64,000 bases of DNA from a phage: the sequence record PZ452583.1, one strand, 5' to 3'. The number at the start of each line of letters is the position of its first letter. Positions within the stretch are counted from its first letter, which is position 1. The translations under genes were made by a program, and so were the position numbers. Shown piece by piece: positions 23,253-33,224 of the stretch. The notes under the pieces are model-generated. The model ran no database searches, was not told the origin of the DNA, and saw only the letters and a program-made list of their open reading frames with translations.

Positions 23253-24368
23253 ATGGAAAAATTTATGGCAGAGTTTGGACAAGGATATGTCCAAACGCCA
23301 TTTTTATCGGAAAGCAATTCAGTAAGATATAAAATAAGCATAGCGGGTTCTTGCCCGCTTTCTACAGCAGGACCATACGTTAAATTTCAGGATAATCCTG
23401 TAGGAAGTCAAACATTTAGCGCAGGCCTTCATTTAAGAGTTTTTGACCCTTCCACCGGAGCGTTAGTTGATAGTAAATCATATGCTTTTTCGACTTCAAA
23501 TGATACTACATCAGCTGCTTTTGCTAGCTTCATGAATTCTTTGACAAATAACAGAATTGTTGCTATATTAACTAACGGAAAGGTTAATTTTCCTCCTGAA
23601 GTAGTATCTTGGTTAAGAACAGCAGGAACGTCTGCTTTTCCATCTGACTCTGTATTGTCAAGATTCGACGTATCATATGCTGCTTTTTATACTTCTTCTA
23701 AAAGAGCTATTGCATTAGAGCATGTTAAACTGAGTAATAGAAAAAGCACAGATGATTATCAAACTATTTTAGATGTTGTATTTGACAGTTTAGAAGACGT
23801 CGGAGCTACCGGGTTTCCAAGAAGAACGTATGAAAGCGTTGAGCAATTTATGTCAGCGGTTGGTGGAACTAATAACGAAATTGCAAGATTACCAACTTCA
23901 GCTGCTATAAGTAAACTCTCTGATTATAATTTAATTCCTGGTGACGTTCTTTATCTTAAAGCCCAGTTATATGCCGATGCTGATTTACTTGCGCTTGGAA
24001 CTACAAATATATCTATCCGTTTTTATAATGCATCTAATGGATATATTTCCTCGACACAAGCTGAGTTTACTGGACAGGCTGGGTCTTGGGAATTAAAGGA
24101 AGACTATGTAGTTGTTCCAGAAAATGCAGTTGGATTTACGATATATGCACAGAGAACTGCTCAAGCGGGACAAGGCGGTATGCGAAATTTAAGCTTTTCT
24201 GAAGTATCAAGAAATGGCGGCATTTCAAAACCTGCTGAATTTGGCGTCAATGGTATTCGTGTTAATTATATCTGTGAATCTGCTTCACCTCCGGATATAA
24301 TGGTACTTCCTACGCAAGCATCGTCTAAAACTGGTAAAGTGTTTGGGCAAGAATTTAGAGAAGTATAA
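23253..24368 (+). CDS. 35: gp35 tail fibre hinge protein
   Basis: 371 aa; position after 34. Confidence 0.9.
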   Translation: MEKFMAEFGQGYVQTPFLSESNSVRYKISIAGSCPLSTAGPYVKFQDNPVGSQTFSAGLHLRVFDPSTGALVDSKSYAFSTSNDTTSAAFASFMNSLTNNRIVAILTNGKVNFPPEVVSWLRTAGTSAFPSDSVLSRFDVSYAAFYTSSKRAIALEHVKLSNRKSTDDYQTILDVVFDSLEDVGATGFPRRTYESVEQFMSAVGGTNNEIARLPTSAAISKLSDYNLIPGDVLYLKAQLYADADLLALGTTNISIRFYNASNGYISSTQAEFTGQAGSWELKEDYVVVPENAVGFTIYAQRTAQAGQGGMRNLSFSEVSRNGGISKPAEFGVNGIRVNYICESASPPDIMVLPTQASSKTGKVFGQEFREV

Positions 24369-24373
24369 ATTGA

Positions 24374-24400
24374 GGGAGCCTTCGGGTTCCCTTTTTCTTT
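24374..24400 (+). terminator. Rho-independent terminator after gene 35
   Basis: GGGAGCC-UUCG-GGUUCCC hairpin followed by T-run. Confidence 0.65.
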
Positions 24401-24407
24401 ATAAATA
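24400..24407 (+). promoter_or_regulatory. T4-type late promoter TATAAATA for gene 36
   Basis: Exact TATAAATA ~25 nt upstream of gene 36 ATG. Confidence 0.7.
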
Positions 24408-24430
24408 CTATTAAAATAAAGGGGCATACA

Positions 24431-25096
24431 ATGGCTGATTTAAAAGTAGGTTCAACAACCGGAGGCTCTGTCATTTGGCATCAAGGAAATTTTCCATTGA
24501 ATCCAGCCGGTGACGATGTACTCTATAAATCATTTAAAATATATTCAGAATATAATAAACCACAGGCAGCTGATAACGATTTCGTTTCTAAAGCTAATGG
24601 TGGTACTTATGCATCAAAGGTAACATTTAACGGCGGCGTCCAAGTCCCGTATGCTGTAAACAACACAAACCCATGCGGTATTTATCCAGGTAACGGTGAT
24701 AATGCTACTTTTGCTGTAGCAAATATTGATATTGTTTCGTGGAATGGTATTGGTTTTAAATCATCGCAAGGTTCAGCAGCCCGAACTGTTGTAATTAATG
24801 CACGTAATGGTGATATTAATACAAAAGGTGTTGTGTCTGCGGCAGGTCAAGTAAGAAGTGATGCAGCTGCTCCTATAGCAGCGAATGACCTTACTAGAAA
24901 GGACTATGTTGATGGAGCAATAAATACTGTTACAGCAAATGCGAACTCTAGAGTGTTGCGTTCTGGCGACACTATGATAGGTAATTTAACCGCGCCAAAC
25001 TTTTTCTCACAGAATCCTGCGTCTCAACCTTCACATGTTCCACGATTTGACCAAATCGTAATTAAGGATTCTGTTCAAGATTTCGGCTATTATTAA
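24431..25096 (+). CDS. 36: gp36 long tail fibre distal connector
   Basis: 221 aa, equals T4 gp36. Confidence 0.9.
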   Translation: MADLKVGSTTGGSVIWHQGNFPLNPAGDDVLYKSFKIYSEYNKPQAADNDFVSKANGGTYASKVTFNGGVQVPYAVNNTNPCGIYPGNGDNATFAVANIDIVSWNGIGFKSSQGSAARTVVINARNGDINTKGVVSAAGQVRSDAAAPIAANDLTRKDYVDGAINTVTANANSRVLRSGDTMIGNLTAPNFFSQNPASQPSHVPRFDQIVIKDSVQDFGYY

Positions 25097-25104
25097 GAGG
25101 ACTT

Positions 25105-28100
25105 ATGGCTACTTTAAAACAAATACAATTTAAAAGAAGCAAAACTGCAGGTCAACGTCCTGCTGCTTCAGTATTAGCCGAAGGTGAATTGGCTATAAAC
25201 TTAAAAGACCGTACTCTTTTTACTAAAGATGACTCGGGAAATATTATTGATTTAAGCATTACCGCTGGCGGTAATATTAGTGGAAATATCACTCAAACTG
25301 GCGATTATACACAGACTGGAAAATTTAATTTAATTGGTCCGCAAATTGTAGCAAGCGGTGGATATATTGAGTTTAATTATCGTACTACTGGAAGTGGGGC
25401 TTGGTCCGGTCAACACACTGCAAAAGCTCCAATTTTTGTAGATTTAAGCTCAGCTACTTCCACATCTGAATATAATCCTATAATTAAACAGCGCTTTAAA
25501 GATGGAACTTTTTCATTAGGTACTTTAGTTTCTGAAGGTTCGTTGAAGATTCATTATATTGATGAAACTGGTCAATCTAAATATTGGACATTTGCGCGCT
25601 CAGGTAATTTTCAAGTTGATTCTGGTAATTTATTAGTATCTGGTGGGTATTTAGTCGCTCAGAGTAATATTGAAACAAGAACAGGTTCTTTGATTGGTCC
25701 ATCTGTTGTAACTAAAAATATTTCATTTGATACGAAAGCGTTTGGACAATACGATTCGCAGTCATTAGTTCAATATGTTTATCCTGGAACTGGTGAAACA
25801 AACGGAATTAATTACCTTCGTAAATTCCGTGCAAAATCTGGTGGTACGATTTATCATGAATTAGCTTCTGCACAAACCGGAAAAAGTGATGAACTGTCTT
25901 GGTGGACCGGTAATACAGCCGTTAATAAACAAATGGGCCTTCGCAATGATGGGTCTTTAGTGTTGCGACGCTCACTCGCAATTGGTACAATTACAACAGA
26001 TGAAAACATTAATAATTACGGCTCCACTGGAGCAATGGGTGAATGCTATATAGTCATTGGAGATGCCGCAACTGGTGTATCATATAAAAGATCTGGTGTA
26101 TATGATTTAGTTGCTAATGGTCTTTCTATCGCGTCTATTACTCCTGACAGTTTCCGTAGTACTCGTAAAGCATTATTTGGACGTTCAGAAGACCAAGGCG
26201 GAACATGGAATATGCCTGGAACGAACGCTGCGCTTTTATCAGTTCAAACACAAGCTGATGGAAACTCTGCCGGTGATGGTCAAACCCACATTGGATATAA
26301 TTCTGGCGGTAAAATGAATCATTATTTTCGTGGTACTGGTCAGATGAATATCAATACCCAACAAGGTATGGAAATTAATCCAGGACTGTTGAAACTAACA
26401 ACCGGTACAAACAATGTAATGTTCTATGCTGATGGCGGTATTACATCTGTTAAGCAGCTTTCAATTTATAACGGCGTATATTTAGCAGCCAATAATTCTA
26501 CTGCTGGGCTAACATTCGCTCCAACTACTACAATTGATGGTACTAAGCAAATTTTGTGGGAAGGTGGTAAGCGTGCTGGTCAGAATAAAAGCTATGTAAC
26601 TGTTAAAGCGTGGGGTAATTCATTTAACGCATCTGGCGATCGTAATCGTGAAACAGTTTTTGAAGTAGCTGACGGACAAGGTTATTATTTTTATTCCCAA
26701 CGCGTAGCCCCAAGCGGCTCAGAAACTACTGGTCCTGTTGTAACCCAGTTTGCTGGAGCTGTTAATGCTAGAGGAAGTATTATTACTGACGGAAGTTTTA
26801 AAGTTAATGGATTAAGCACTTTAGTCGGTAATGTTACCATGTCTAATGGTTTGTTTGTCCAAGGTGGTTCTTCTATTACTGGACAAGTTAAAATCGGCGG
26901 AACTGCAGATGCATTAAGAATTTGGAATGCTGAATACGGGGCTATTTTCCGTCGTTCTGAAGATAAGCTTTATATTATTCCAACTCCGCAGAATGCTGGT
27001 GAATCAGGTGGTATTTCTAATTTACGTCCGTTCTATATTACATTAAGTACTGGTAAAGTTTCCATGGTTCATGATGTAGATATCGGCGGCGGTAGATTTA
27101 AAGTAGAAGTGGCTGGAACTACGGCTGGTCAACGTATTATAGTTAATGCAGCGAGCGATGCTATTAGAATAAATGCTCCAACACAAGAGTCTTCTAACTT
27201 CATTCAAGGACGTAAGGCTGATGTGAATAAATGGTATTTGGGTATTGGCGATGGCGGCAACGTCGTTCGTATGCACAGCTACACATATTCACATGGTATT
27301 GCATTAAATTCTGATTCTGTCGATATTACTAAGCCTCTTAAAGTCGGAAACGCCCAACTAGGAACTGACGGTAATATTACCAATGGTTCAGGAAACTTTG
27401 CCAACTTAAATACCACGTTAAATCGTAAAGTTAATTCTGGATTTATTACTTATGGAGCAACCTCTGGATGGTATAAGTTTGCAACAGTAACAATGCCACA
27501 ATCCACTTCGACAGTCTTCTTTAAAATAGTTGGAGGTTCTGGATTTAATAGCGGATTATTCACACAATGTAATATTGCTGAAATTGTTTTACGTACTAGT
27601 AATGAAAGACCTGCTGACTTAAATGCTGCATTATACACAAGAACAATTGGAGCTGCATTTAAAGATATTGCAGTTAATAACGTCTCTGGAGATACATATG
27701 ACATTTATGTTTCTGCTGGAACATATTGTAATCAATTAGCTTGTGAGTGGTCATGTACCGAAAATGCTACTGTTAGTGTTATTGGTATTAACTCATCTAC
27801 ACAATCACCTGTAGATGCTCTTCCAGATACAGCAGTTAACGGTCAAGTTGCTAATGTTCTTAATAACTTAGTTGATCGCGGTAAAGTTAAGCGTTATGAA
27901 GCCGATTCTGAAATAGCTATTAATAACCAAACCGGTATTCGTATCAGAAGCAACAGCGATAAAACTGGTTCTGTTGCTACAATGCTACGAAATGATGGCG
28001 GTAGTTTTTATATTCTGTTTACAGATAAAAATGCCACCGATGGCGCAGCAACTGTTAATGGTGATTGGAATAGTAAACGTCCTTTCGCAATTAACTTAAC

Positions 28101-28866
28101 AACCGGCGAAGTGATGATGAATAACGGCATAGCTGTTCGCAGCGCTGCTTTATTCTATAATAGCATAAACGTCAAAGATAATGGTTCTATTAACTTTGAT
28201 AAATCAGGCGCTAACCCGAGAAATATGAGAATATTTCATGCTGGCGATGCTTCTCGCGGTAACCGTATTGAAATTGCCGATGAAACTAACTATATTGCTT
28301 ACTTTGAAAAAACACCAGGTGGAGCTAATCGCTTTGTAGTAAATAATGCTACTGTAGCTGGTGTTAATCAAATGAATTCATTTGGTATTAACATCAATAA
28401 CGCACTTGGTGGAAATAGTATAGCGTTTGGCGATAATGACACTGGTATTAAGCAAAATGGCGATGGATTATTAGACATATATGCGAATGGTGTACAGACT
28501 TTCCGTTTCCAAAACGGTGATTTGTACTCATACAAAAATATAAATGCTCCAAACGTTTATATTCGTTCTGATATTCGTTTAAAATCTAACTTCAAACCTA
28601 TCGAAAATGCACTTGATAAAGTTGAAAAACTTAACGGTGTCATTTACGATAAAGCTGAATATATCGGTGGAGAGGCAATTGAAACTGAAGCGGGTATTGT
28701 GGCTCAAACGTTACAAGACGTTTTACCAGAAGCTGTCCGTGAAACAGAAGACAGTAAGGGTAATAAAATACTCACTGTTTCTTCTCAAGCCCAGATTGCT
28801 CTTCTGGTTGAAGCTGTGAAAACACTTTCTGCTCGTGTAAAAGAACTTGAATCTAAACTTATGTAA
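25105..28866 (+). CDS. 37: gp37 long tail fibre distal subunit with C-terminal autochaperone-like domain
   Basis: 1253 aa; position after 36; C-terminus SDIRLKSNFKPIENALDKVEKLNGVIYD... resembles intramolecular chaperone domains. Confidence 0.9.
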   Translation: MATLKQIQFKRSKTAGQRPAASVLAEGELAINLKDRTLFTKDDSGNIIDLSITAGGNISGNITQTGDYTQTGKFNLIGPQIVASGGYIEFNYRTTGSGAWSGQHTAKAPIFVDLSSATSTSEYNPIIKQRFKDGTFSLGTLVSEGSLKIHYIDETGQSKYWTFARSGNFQVDSGNLLVSGGYLVAQSNIETRTGSLIGPSVVTKNISFDTKAFGQYDSQSLVQYVYPGTGETNGINYLRKFRAKSGGTIYHELASAQTGKSDELSWWTGNTAVNKQMGLRNDGSLVLRRSLAIGTITTDENINNYGSTGAMGECYIVIGDAATGVSYKRSGVYDLVANGLSIASITPDSFRSTRKALFGRSEDQGGTWNMPGTNAALLSVQTQADGNSAGDGQTHIGYNSGGKMNHYFRGTGQMNINTQQGMEINPGLLKLTTGTNNVMFYADGGITSVKQLSIYNGVYLAANNSTAGLTFAPTTTIDGTKQILWEGGKRAGQNKSYVTVKAWGNSFNASGDRNRETVFEVADGQGYYFYSQRVAPSGSETTGPVVTQFAGAVNARGSIITDGSFKVNGLSTLVGNVTMSNGLFVQGGSSITGQVKIGGTADALRIWNAEYGAIFRRSEDKLYIIPTPQNAGESGGISNLRPFYITLSTGKVSMVHDVDIGGGRFKVEVAGTTAGQRIIVNAASDAIRINAPTQESSNFIQGRKADVNKWYLGIGDGGNVVRMHSYTYSHGIALNSDSVDITKPLKVGNAQLGTDGNITNGSGNFANLNTTLNRKVNSGFITYGATSGWYKFATVTMPQSTSTVFFKIVGGSGFNSGLFTQCNIAEIVLRTSNERPADLNAALYTRTIGAAFKDIAVNNVSGDTYDIYVSAGTYCNQLACEWSCTENATVSVIGINSSTQSPVDALPDTAVNGQVANVLNNLVDRGKVKRYEADSEIAINNQTGIRIRSNSDKTGSVATMLRNDGGSFYILFTDKNATDGAATVNGDWNSKRPFAINLTTGEVMMNNGIAVRSAALFYNSINVKDNGSINFDKSGANPRNMRIFHAGDASRGNRIEIADETNYIAYFEKTPGGANRFVVNNATVAGVNQMNSFGININNALGGNSIAFGDNDTGIKQNGDGLLDIYANGVQTFRFQNGDLYSYKNINAPNVYIRSDIRLKSNFKPIENALDKVEKLNGVIYDKAEYIGGEAIETEAGIVAQTLQDVLPEAVRETEDSKGNKILTVSSQAQIALLVEAVKTLSARVKELESKLM

Positions 28867-28867
28867 A

Positions 28868-28885
28868 AGAGGGCTTCGGCCCTCT
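28868..28885 (+). promoter_or_regulatory. Stem-loop AGAGGGC-UUCG-GCCCUCU between genes 37 and 38
   Basis: Perfect 7-bp stem with UUCG loop; no clean U-run, so may be a stabiliser or attenuator. Confidence 0.5.
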
Positions 28886-28896
28886 AAGGATTTTTA

Positions 28897-29682
28897 ATGG
28901 CAATTGTAGGTGTTCCTGGCTGGATTGGTGAATCTGCCGTGAATGAAACTGGACAACGCTGGATGGATGCTGCAATGAAAGCAGTTCGCGTTTCAGTTCC
29001 TGGCTGGATGAGCTCAATGGCTGGACAATCTAAAGAAGTATATTACAGCATTGGTGCTAGCAATTCTTATAATAAAGACACGTTAATAAACTGGATAAAA
29101 GCCCAAGGAAGCACTCCTGTTGTTATTACTATTACAGGAAATATTGTTTCTCAATCTACTGGTGTTCCATGCTTAGATTTTCCTAGCTCATTAACTAATG
29201 CATACGTGACACTTAATATCAATTCAGGCGTGCATGTTTGGGGCCGTGGCGGGAATGGCGGAAATAACTCTGCCGGTGGAGCAGGAGGAACTGCAATAAA
29301 TAATGGAATTGGAACTAGATTGCGTATTAATAACAATGGTGTTATCGCAGGAGGCGGTGGCGGAGGCGGTGGCGGATACTACTCTCCTTTTTCACAAATG
29401 AAATTGACTTTTGGCGGAGGAGGCGGTCGTCCATTTGGTGCTGCTGGCGGGTCTGCTAATATGGAACAAGGAGCTACTGCTGGTACTATTTCTGCACCTG
29501 GTAAAGGGTCTGTCAATGGTATCTATAATGGCGGGAATGGTGGTGATGCCGGAGCTGCAGGAGGTAAATGTAATATTCGTGGTCAAGGATCAGAATATAA
29601 CGGTGGTGCTGCGGGTAAAGCTGTTACTGGTAATGCTCCAACTTGGACTAAAGTTGGCACAATATATGGTTCAAGAGTATAA
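28897..29682 (+). CDS. 38: gp38 receptor-recognising adhesin (T2/K3/Ox2 type)
   Basis: 261 aa; four glycine-rich motifs separated by variable segments; position after 37. Confidence 0.88.
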   Translation: MAIVGVPGWIGESAVNETGQRWMDAAMKAVRVSVPGWMSSMAGQSKEVYYSIGASNSYNKDTLINWIKAQGSTPVVITITGNIVSQSTGVPCLDFPSSLTNAYVTLNINSGVHVWGRGGNGGNNSAGGAGGTAINNGIGTRLRINNNGVIAGGGGGGGGGYYSPFSQMKLTFGGGGGRPFGAAGGSANMEQGATAGTISAPGKGSVNGIYNGGNGGDAGAAGGKCNIRGQGSEYNGGAAGKAVTGNAPTWTKVGTIYGSRV

Positions 29683-29714
29683 TTTTTGAATAAATATCCT
29701 TAAAAGGAGGGTCT

Positions 29715-30371
29715 ATGGCAGCACCTAGAATATCATTTTCGCCCTCTGATATTCTATTTGGTGTTCTAGATCGCTTGTTCAAAGATAACGCTACCGGGAA
29801 AGTTCTTGCTTCCCGGGTAGCTGTCGTAATTCTTTTATTTATGATGGCGATTGTTTGGTATAGGGGAGATAGTTTCTTTGAGTACTATAAGCAATCAAAG
29901 TATGAAACATACAGTGAAATTATTGAAAAGGAAAGAAATGCACGCTTTGAATCTGTCGCCCTGGAACAACTCCAGATAGTTCATATATCATCTGAGGCAG
30001 ACTTTAGTGCGGTGTATTCTTTCCGCCCTAAAAACTTAAACTATTTTGTTGATATTATAGCATATGAAGGGAAATTACCTTCAACAATAAGTGAAAAATC
30101 ACTTGGAGGATATCCTGTTGATAAAACTATGGATGAATATGCGGTTCATTTAAATGGACGTCATTATTATTCCGATTCAAAATTTGCTTTTTTACCAACT
30201 AAAAAGCCTACTCCCGAAATAAACTACATGTACAGTTGTCCATATTTTAATTTGGATAATATCTATGCTGGAACGATAACCATGTACTGGTATAGAAATG
30301 ATCATATAAGTAATGACCGCCTTGAATCAATATGTGCTCAGGCGGCCAGAATATTAGGAAGGGCTAAATAA
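29715..30371 (+). CDS. t: Holin t
   Basis: 218 aa, equals T4 holin; N-terminal TM; strong SD AAGGAGGG. Confidence 0.93.
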   Translation: MAAPRISFSPSDILFGVLDRLFKDNATGKVLASRVAVVILLFMMAIVWYRGDSFFEYYKQSKYETYSEIIEKERNARFESVALEQLQIVHISSEADFSAVYSFRPKNLNYFVDIIAYEGKLPSTISEKSLGGYPVDKTMDEYAVHLNGRHYYSDSKFAFLPTKKPTPEINYMYSCPYFNLDNIYAGTITMYWYRNDHISNDRLESICAQAARILGRAK

Positions 30372-30644
30372 TTATTTGTTCGTATACATCTCTAGATATC
30401 GATATACACCCTCAAAACCCTCGTTGAATTCGTCGATGAGGGTTTTCTTATCTTCTTGAGTTAATTCAGAAACAATTTTACGGAATGAATTCTGATTTAA
30501 TTTTCTACCTTCATGCGTTACTCCAATCTCATTCAGAAATGCAATAAAATTAGCACGATTCTCAACAATATCTTCTCTGGAAAATTTAATCAAAATAGAC
30601 GCAACAGTAATAATTTCACGAACTGTATCAATGTTTTTATTCAT
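30372..30644 (-). CDS. asiA: AsiA anti-sigma70 factor
   Basis: 90 aa; MNKNIDTVREIITVASILIKFSREDIVENRANF... matches T4 AsiA. Confidence 0.95.
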   Translation of the reverse strand: MNKNIDTVREIITVASILIKFSREDIVENRANFIAFLNEIGVTHEGRKLNQNSFRKIVSELTQEDKKTLIDEFNEGFEGVYRYLEMYTNK

Positions 30645-30656
30645 TAACTATACCAC

Positions 30657-30809
30657 TCAATTAGTTGACTTTGTTATAATATCATCAGACGCTTGATTTG
30701 TAAACTGGTCTGTGTTATTTTCTTCAAAAATTTTTTCTACGAATTCCTTGAACGACTTACGTTCCTGAGCTACATTATGCTCGATTACTTTTTCAAGATT
30801 ATGACTCAT
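30657..30809 (-). CDS. Small hypothetical protein (~50 aa)
   Basis: ATG overlaps arn stop (ATGA); not in ORF track (<60 aa). Confidence 0.4.
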   Translation of the reverse strand: MSHNLEKVIEHNVAQERKSFKEFVEKIFEENNTDQFTNQASDDIITKSTN

Positions 30810-31084
30810 TCGAAATAATCTTCAATTTCATAATCATAGACATAAATCATTATAGTTTTTAATACATCATCAATACTTTTTCCTGGAGCTGGAATTACGT
30901 AAAAATATCCTGCTTTTGAGAGGTCTTTATAAGTTCCAATCAAGAAATCATTATTCTCAAGATGTAGTTCTTCAACTAATTCATTAACAATTGAGTGGTA
31001 TAAATTTGGTAGAAACTTATATAGCTTTTCTAGAATATCAATTTTGATTGTGTATTGAACCACGGACTGAGAATCAATAATCAT
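30806..31084 (-). CDS. arn: Arn anti-restriction nuclease (McrBC inhibitor)
   Basis: 92 aa, equals T4 Arn; position adjacent to asiA. Confidence 0.85.
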   Translation of the reverse strand: MIIDSQSVVQYTIKIDILEKLYKFLPNLYHSIVNELVEELHLENNDFLIGTYKDLSKAGYFYVIPAPGKSIDDVLKTIMIYVYDYEIEDYFE

Positions 31085-31167
31085 AGACCTTCCCCTTATG
31101 TTTCTGTTTGCGATTAGATTCTTTAAACGCTTTCTTCTTATCTTTATGAACAGAAGCTTTATTAAAA

Positions 31168-31386
31168 TTATGCTTTGCGACTAAATTGTTCATAGTGCTG
31201 AATTACCTCTCTCAAACATTTGCATGTGAATGAAAACTTTTTAGCTACACCACATTCAAATATATGTTCTCTTAAATCGCGTGTATCCGTATATCCCATC
31301 TCAACAATAAAATGCCGTATTAGATTTTTATCTTTATCATTGAGAGAATTAAAATAATCAGATTTTGAATTAATTTCTCTGGCCAA
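31168..31386 (-). CDS. Hypothetical Cys-containing small protein
   Basis: ORF track 72 aa. Confidence 0.5.
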   Translation of the reverse strand: MAREINSKSDYFNSLNDKDKNLIRHFIVEMGYTDTRDLREHIFECGVAKKFSFTCKCLREVIQHYEQFSRKA

Positions 31387-31666
31387 ATTGAATCACCTTC
31401 AGTTGACGTTTTAGCTCTTTTATCATCTCTTCGTTCATCGCAATATAAAGATCGCGTAAAGCAGGTTTTAGCATGTCATTTATTATAGAACTAAATGGAC
31501 ATACATAATCTTTTCCTACAAGCTTTTTGGTGAATTCCATATCGCAGAACTTAAATCCCGGCTCATTGGTATAAATTCCCCAATTAGTTGACATCATTTT
31601 ATTAGCATATTCCAGTGCCTGGATTTGATTCATAATTCCATCGATTTGAAACTTTTTAATATTCAT
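31370..31666 (-). CDS. Hypothetical protein
   Basis: ORF track 98 aa. Confidence 0.55.
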   Translation of the reverse strand: MNIKKFQIDGIMNQIQALEYANKMMSTNWGIYTNEPGFKFCDMEFTKKLVGKDYVCPFSSIINDMLKPALRDLYIAMNEEMIKELKRQLKVIQFGQRN

Positions 31667-32127
31667 TAGTAAAGGTCCTCAGAGTAAAGTTCTTTTTCAC
31701 TACCACCACGTTCAATACGTACTTGTCCAGCGTAAGTTGCAATAATCATTGCTTCTTCGCGAGTCCAATAATTACTATATTGGTCAATAAACCCTTGGTC
31801 ATCATCACAAACTTGTTGAGTAACTAATTGAGGTTTAACTACATCTAAAACTTCTGCCATATCTTTAGAATAATGACGAGCACCTGGAATAATAAGAGTT
31901 CGTCCATCTTTTAATTTAAAACGGTTGGCTGCACAGACAATTCGTCGTTGATACTTTTGGTTTTCATCCCAATATGCAGTCTGCCAACAGATTTCAGGAA
32001 CTTCTTTTAGAATATCTTCTTCTGTGCATTTATAACCATGCGCTTTAAATTTTTCAGCAAGACTTTCTGGAGTTTCACGAGATAAAGGAACATTCAGCAT
32101 TTTTAAACGATTGATAAATGGGTTCAT
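31666..32127 (-). CDS. Hypothetical protein
   Basis: ORF track 153 aa. Confidence 0.6.
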   Translation of the reverse strand: MNPFINRLKMLNVPLSRETPESLAEKFKAHGYKCTEEDILKEVPEICWQTAYWDENQKYQRRIVCAANRFKLKDGRTLIIPGARHYSKDMAEVLDVVKPQLVTQQVCDDDQGFIDQYSNYWTREEAMIIATYAGQVRIERGGSEKELYSEDLY

Positions 32128-32453
32128 TTAAACCATCCTTTAATACGTTGCCACAAAGTTTTCTGTTGAGCTTTGTTAACACCAATTGAGCGAATAACTG
32201 GTTGAGATTCCTGGAATTCTTTATAATCGGCAAGGTAAATTTCGTAAGCTGCATCTGTAAAGGAACTTATCGCTGCCATGAAATTATTGCGAATACCTAC
32301 TGGAGCATCTTTACTTTCACGAATAATCATGTATTTACCAGTCTTAATCTTTACAATAGTTCCAAGATAAGCTCCATGGTACCAAATATCCCAACCCTCT
32401 TGAGTAGGTTCTGCACAACGACGAAGTTCATTGACAATTTCTAACTTGTTCAT
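32124..32453 (-). CDS. Hypothetical protein (motA.1-like)
   Basis: ORF track 109 aa; overlaps neighbour. Confidence 0.55.
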   Translation of the reverse strand: MNKLEIVNELRRCAEPTQEGWDIWYHGAYLGTIVKIKTGKYMIIRESKDAPVGIRNNFMAAISSFTDAAYEIYLADYKEFQESQPVIRSIGVNKAQQKTLWQRIKGWFK

Positions 32454-32463
32454 TATTTATTCC

Positions 32464-33099
32464 TCACAGTTCAGATGCTACAGTGATTACAGCTTCAATG
32501 TTTTCTGCCGAGCGTTTAATGTCAAGATACACATTACCGTTTTTAGCGATTTTACATGACATTCCGATATCAGTAAATTTCTGAATATGATGTTCCATCA
32601 TTTTGTATCCAAAAATTCGCATGTTTCCATTGTTGTTAATTTCAAAATTACGAATTCCGTGAGTGCGTTTTTCTAAAATAGCGAGATAGTTACTGCGATA
32701 AGTTTCAACCTTTTTAAGAACAAATCCATTTTCATCTAAAAGTTTTAACATGAGGTCTTTATCTTCTTCCATATCGGAAGTAATCTCGCGAGCTTTACGA
32801 GTTGCTCGTTTTTTCAGTAGTTCCGGAGCATTTTCTTGTGCGTATAAAGTTGCTGCATTTGAAATAATATCCTGAGCTTCACCAGTAATGATTAATCCAT
32901 CACCAGATTTCTCCACCAGGCCTTTTTTAATCAATACCCCAATATTACTATTAACTACTGCGTTACCTAAATCTGGATGCACCTCACGAACTTCTGCAGC
33001 TGTAATGAAATCTTTCTTAGCAATGGTAATTAAAATCGCAGCAGTTTTTTCATTCAGAACATCGTTAGAAGCTTTGATGATGTAAGTTACTTTAGACAT
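32464..33099 (-). CDS. motA: MotA middle-transcription activator
   Basis: 211 aa, equals T4 MotA; sequence MSKVTYIIKASNDVLNEKTAAILITIAKKDFITAAEVREVHPDLGNAV... Confidence 0.93.
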   Translation of the reverse strand: MSKVTYIIKASNDVLNEKTAAILITIAKKDFITAAEVREVHPDLGNAVVNSNIGVLIKKGLVEKSGDGLIITGEAQDIISNAATLYAQENAPELLKKRATRKAREITSDMEEDKDLMLKLLDENGFVLKKVETYRSNYLAILEKRTHGIRNFEINNNGNMRIFGYKMMEHHIQKFTDIGMSCKIAKNGNVYLDIKRSAENIEAVITVASEL

Positions 33100-33140
33100 T
33101 TTCTAATCTCCGTAATTCTGTATCAGTAGTTGATAGTTGT

Positions 33141-33170
33141 ATAGTACCACAGTATGCTTTGGTTGTAAAC
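33141..33170 (-). promoter_or_regulatory. T4-type early promoter (GTTTAC / TACTAT) for motA with conserved leader
   Basis: GTTTAC, 18 nt, TACTAT; leader CAACTATCAACTACTGATA shared with other loci. Confidence 0.6.
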
Positions 33171-33190
33171 CGTTTTGTGAAAAAATTTTA

Positions 33191-33220
33191 AAATAAAAAG
33201 GGAGAGCCGAGGCTCTCCCT
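33191..33220 (-). terminator. Rho-independent terminator
   Basis: GGGAGAGCC-GAG-GGCUCUCCC hairpin plus U-run on minus-strand RNA. Confidence 0.7.
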
Positions 33221-33224
33221 AAAA

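Noticed and set aside
29340-29380. GGN triplet simple-sequence repeat (GGAGGCGGTGGCGGAGGCGGTGGCGGA)
   Set aside because: It encodes the poly-glycine motif of gp38 and is a coding feature of the adhesin, not an independent repeat element or CRISPR.
31078-31193. 39-aa basic minus-strand ORF overlapping the arn start and ORF 31168..31386
   Set aside because: Weak, distant SD and overlap with two better-supported ORFs in different frames.
33150-33160. Plus-strand TGCTTT resembling a MotA box
   Set aside because: Wrong strand and position relative to any -10 element and gene; it falls within the spacer of the minus-strand early promoter.
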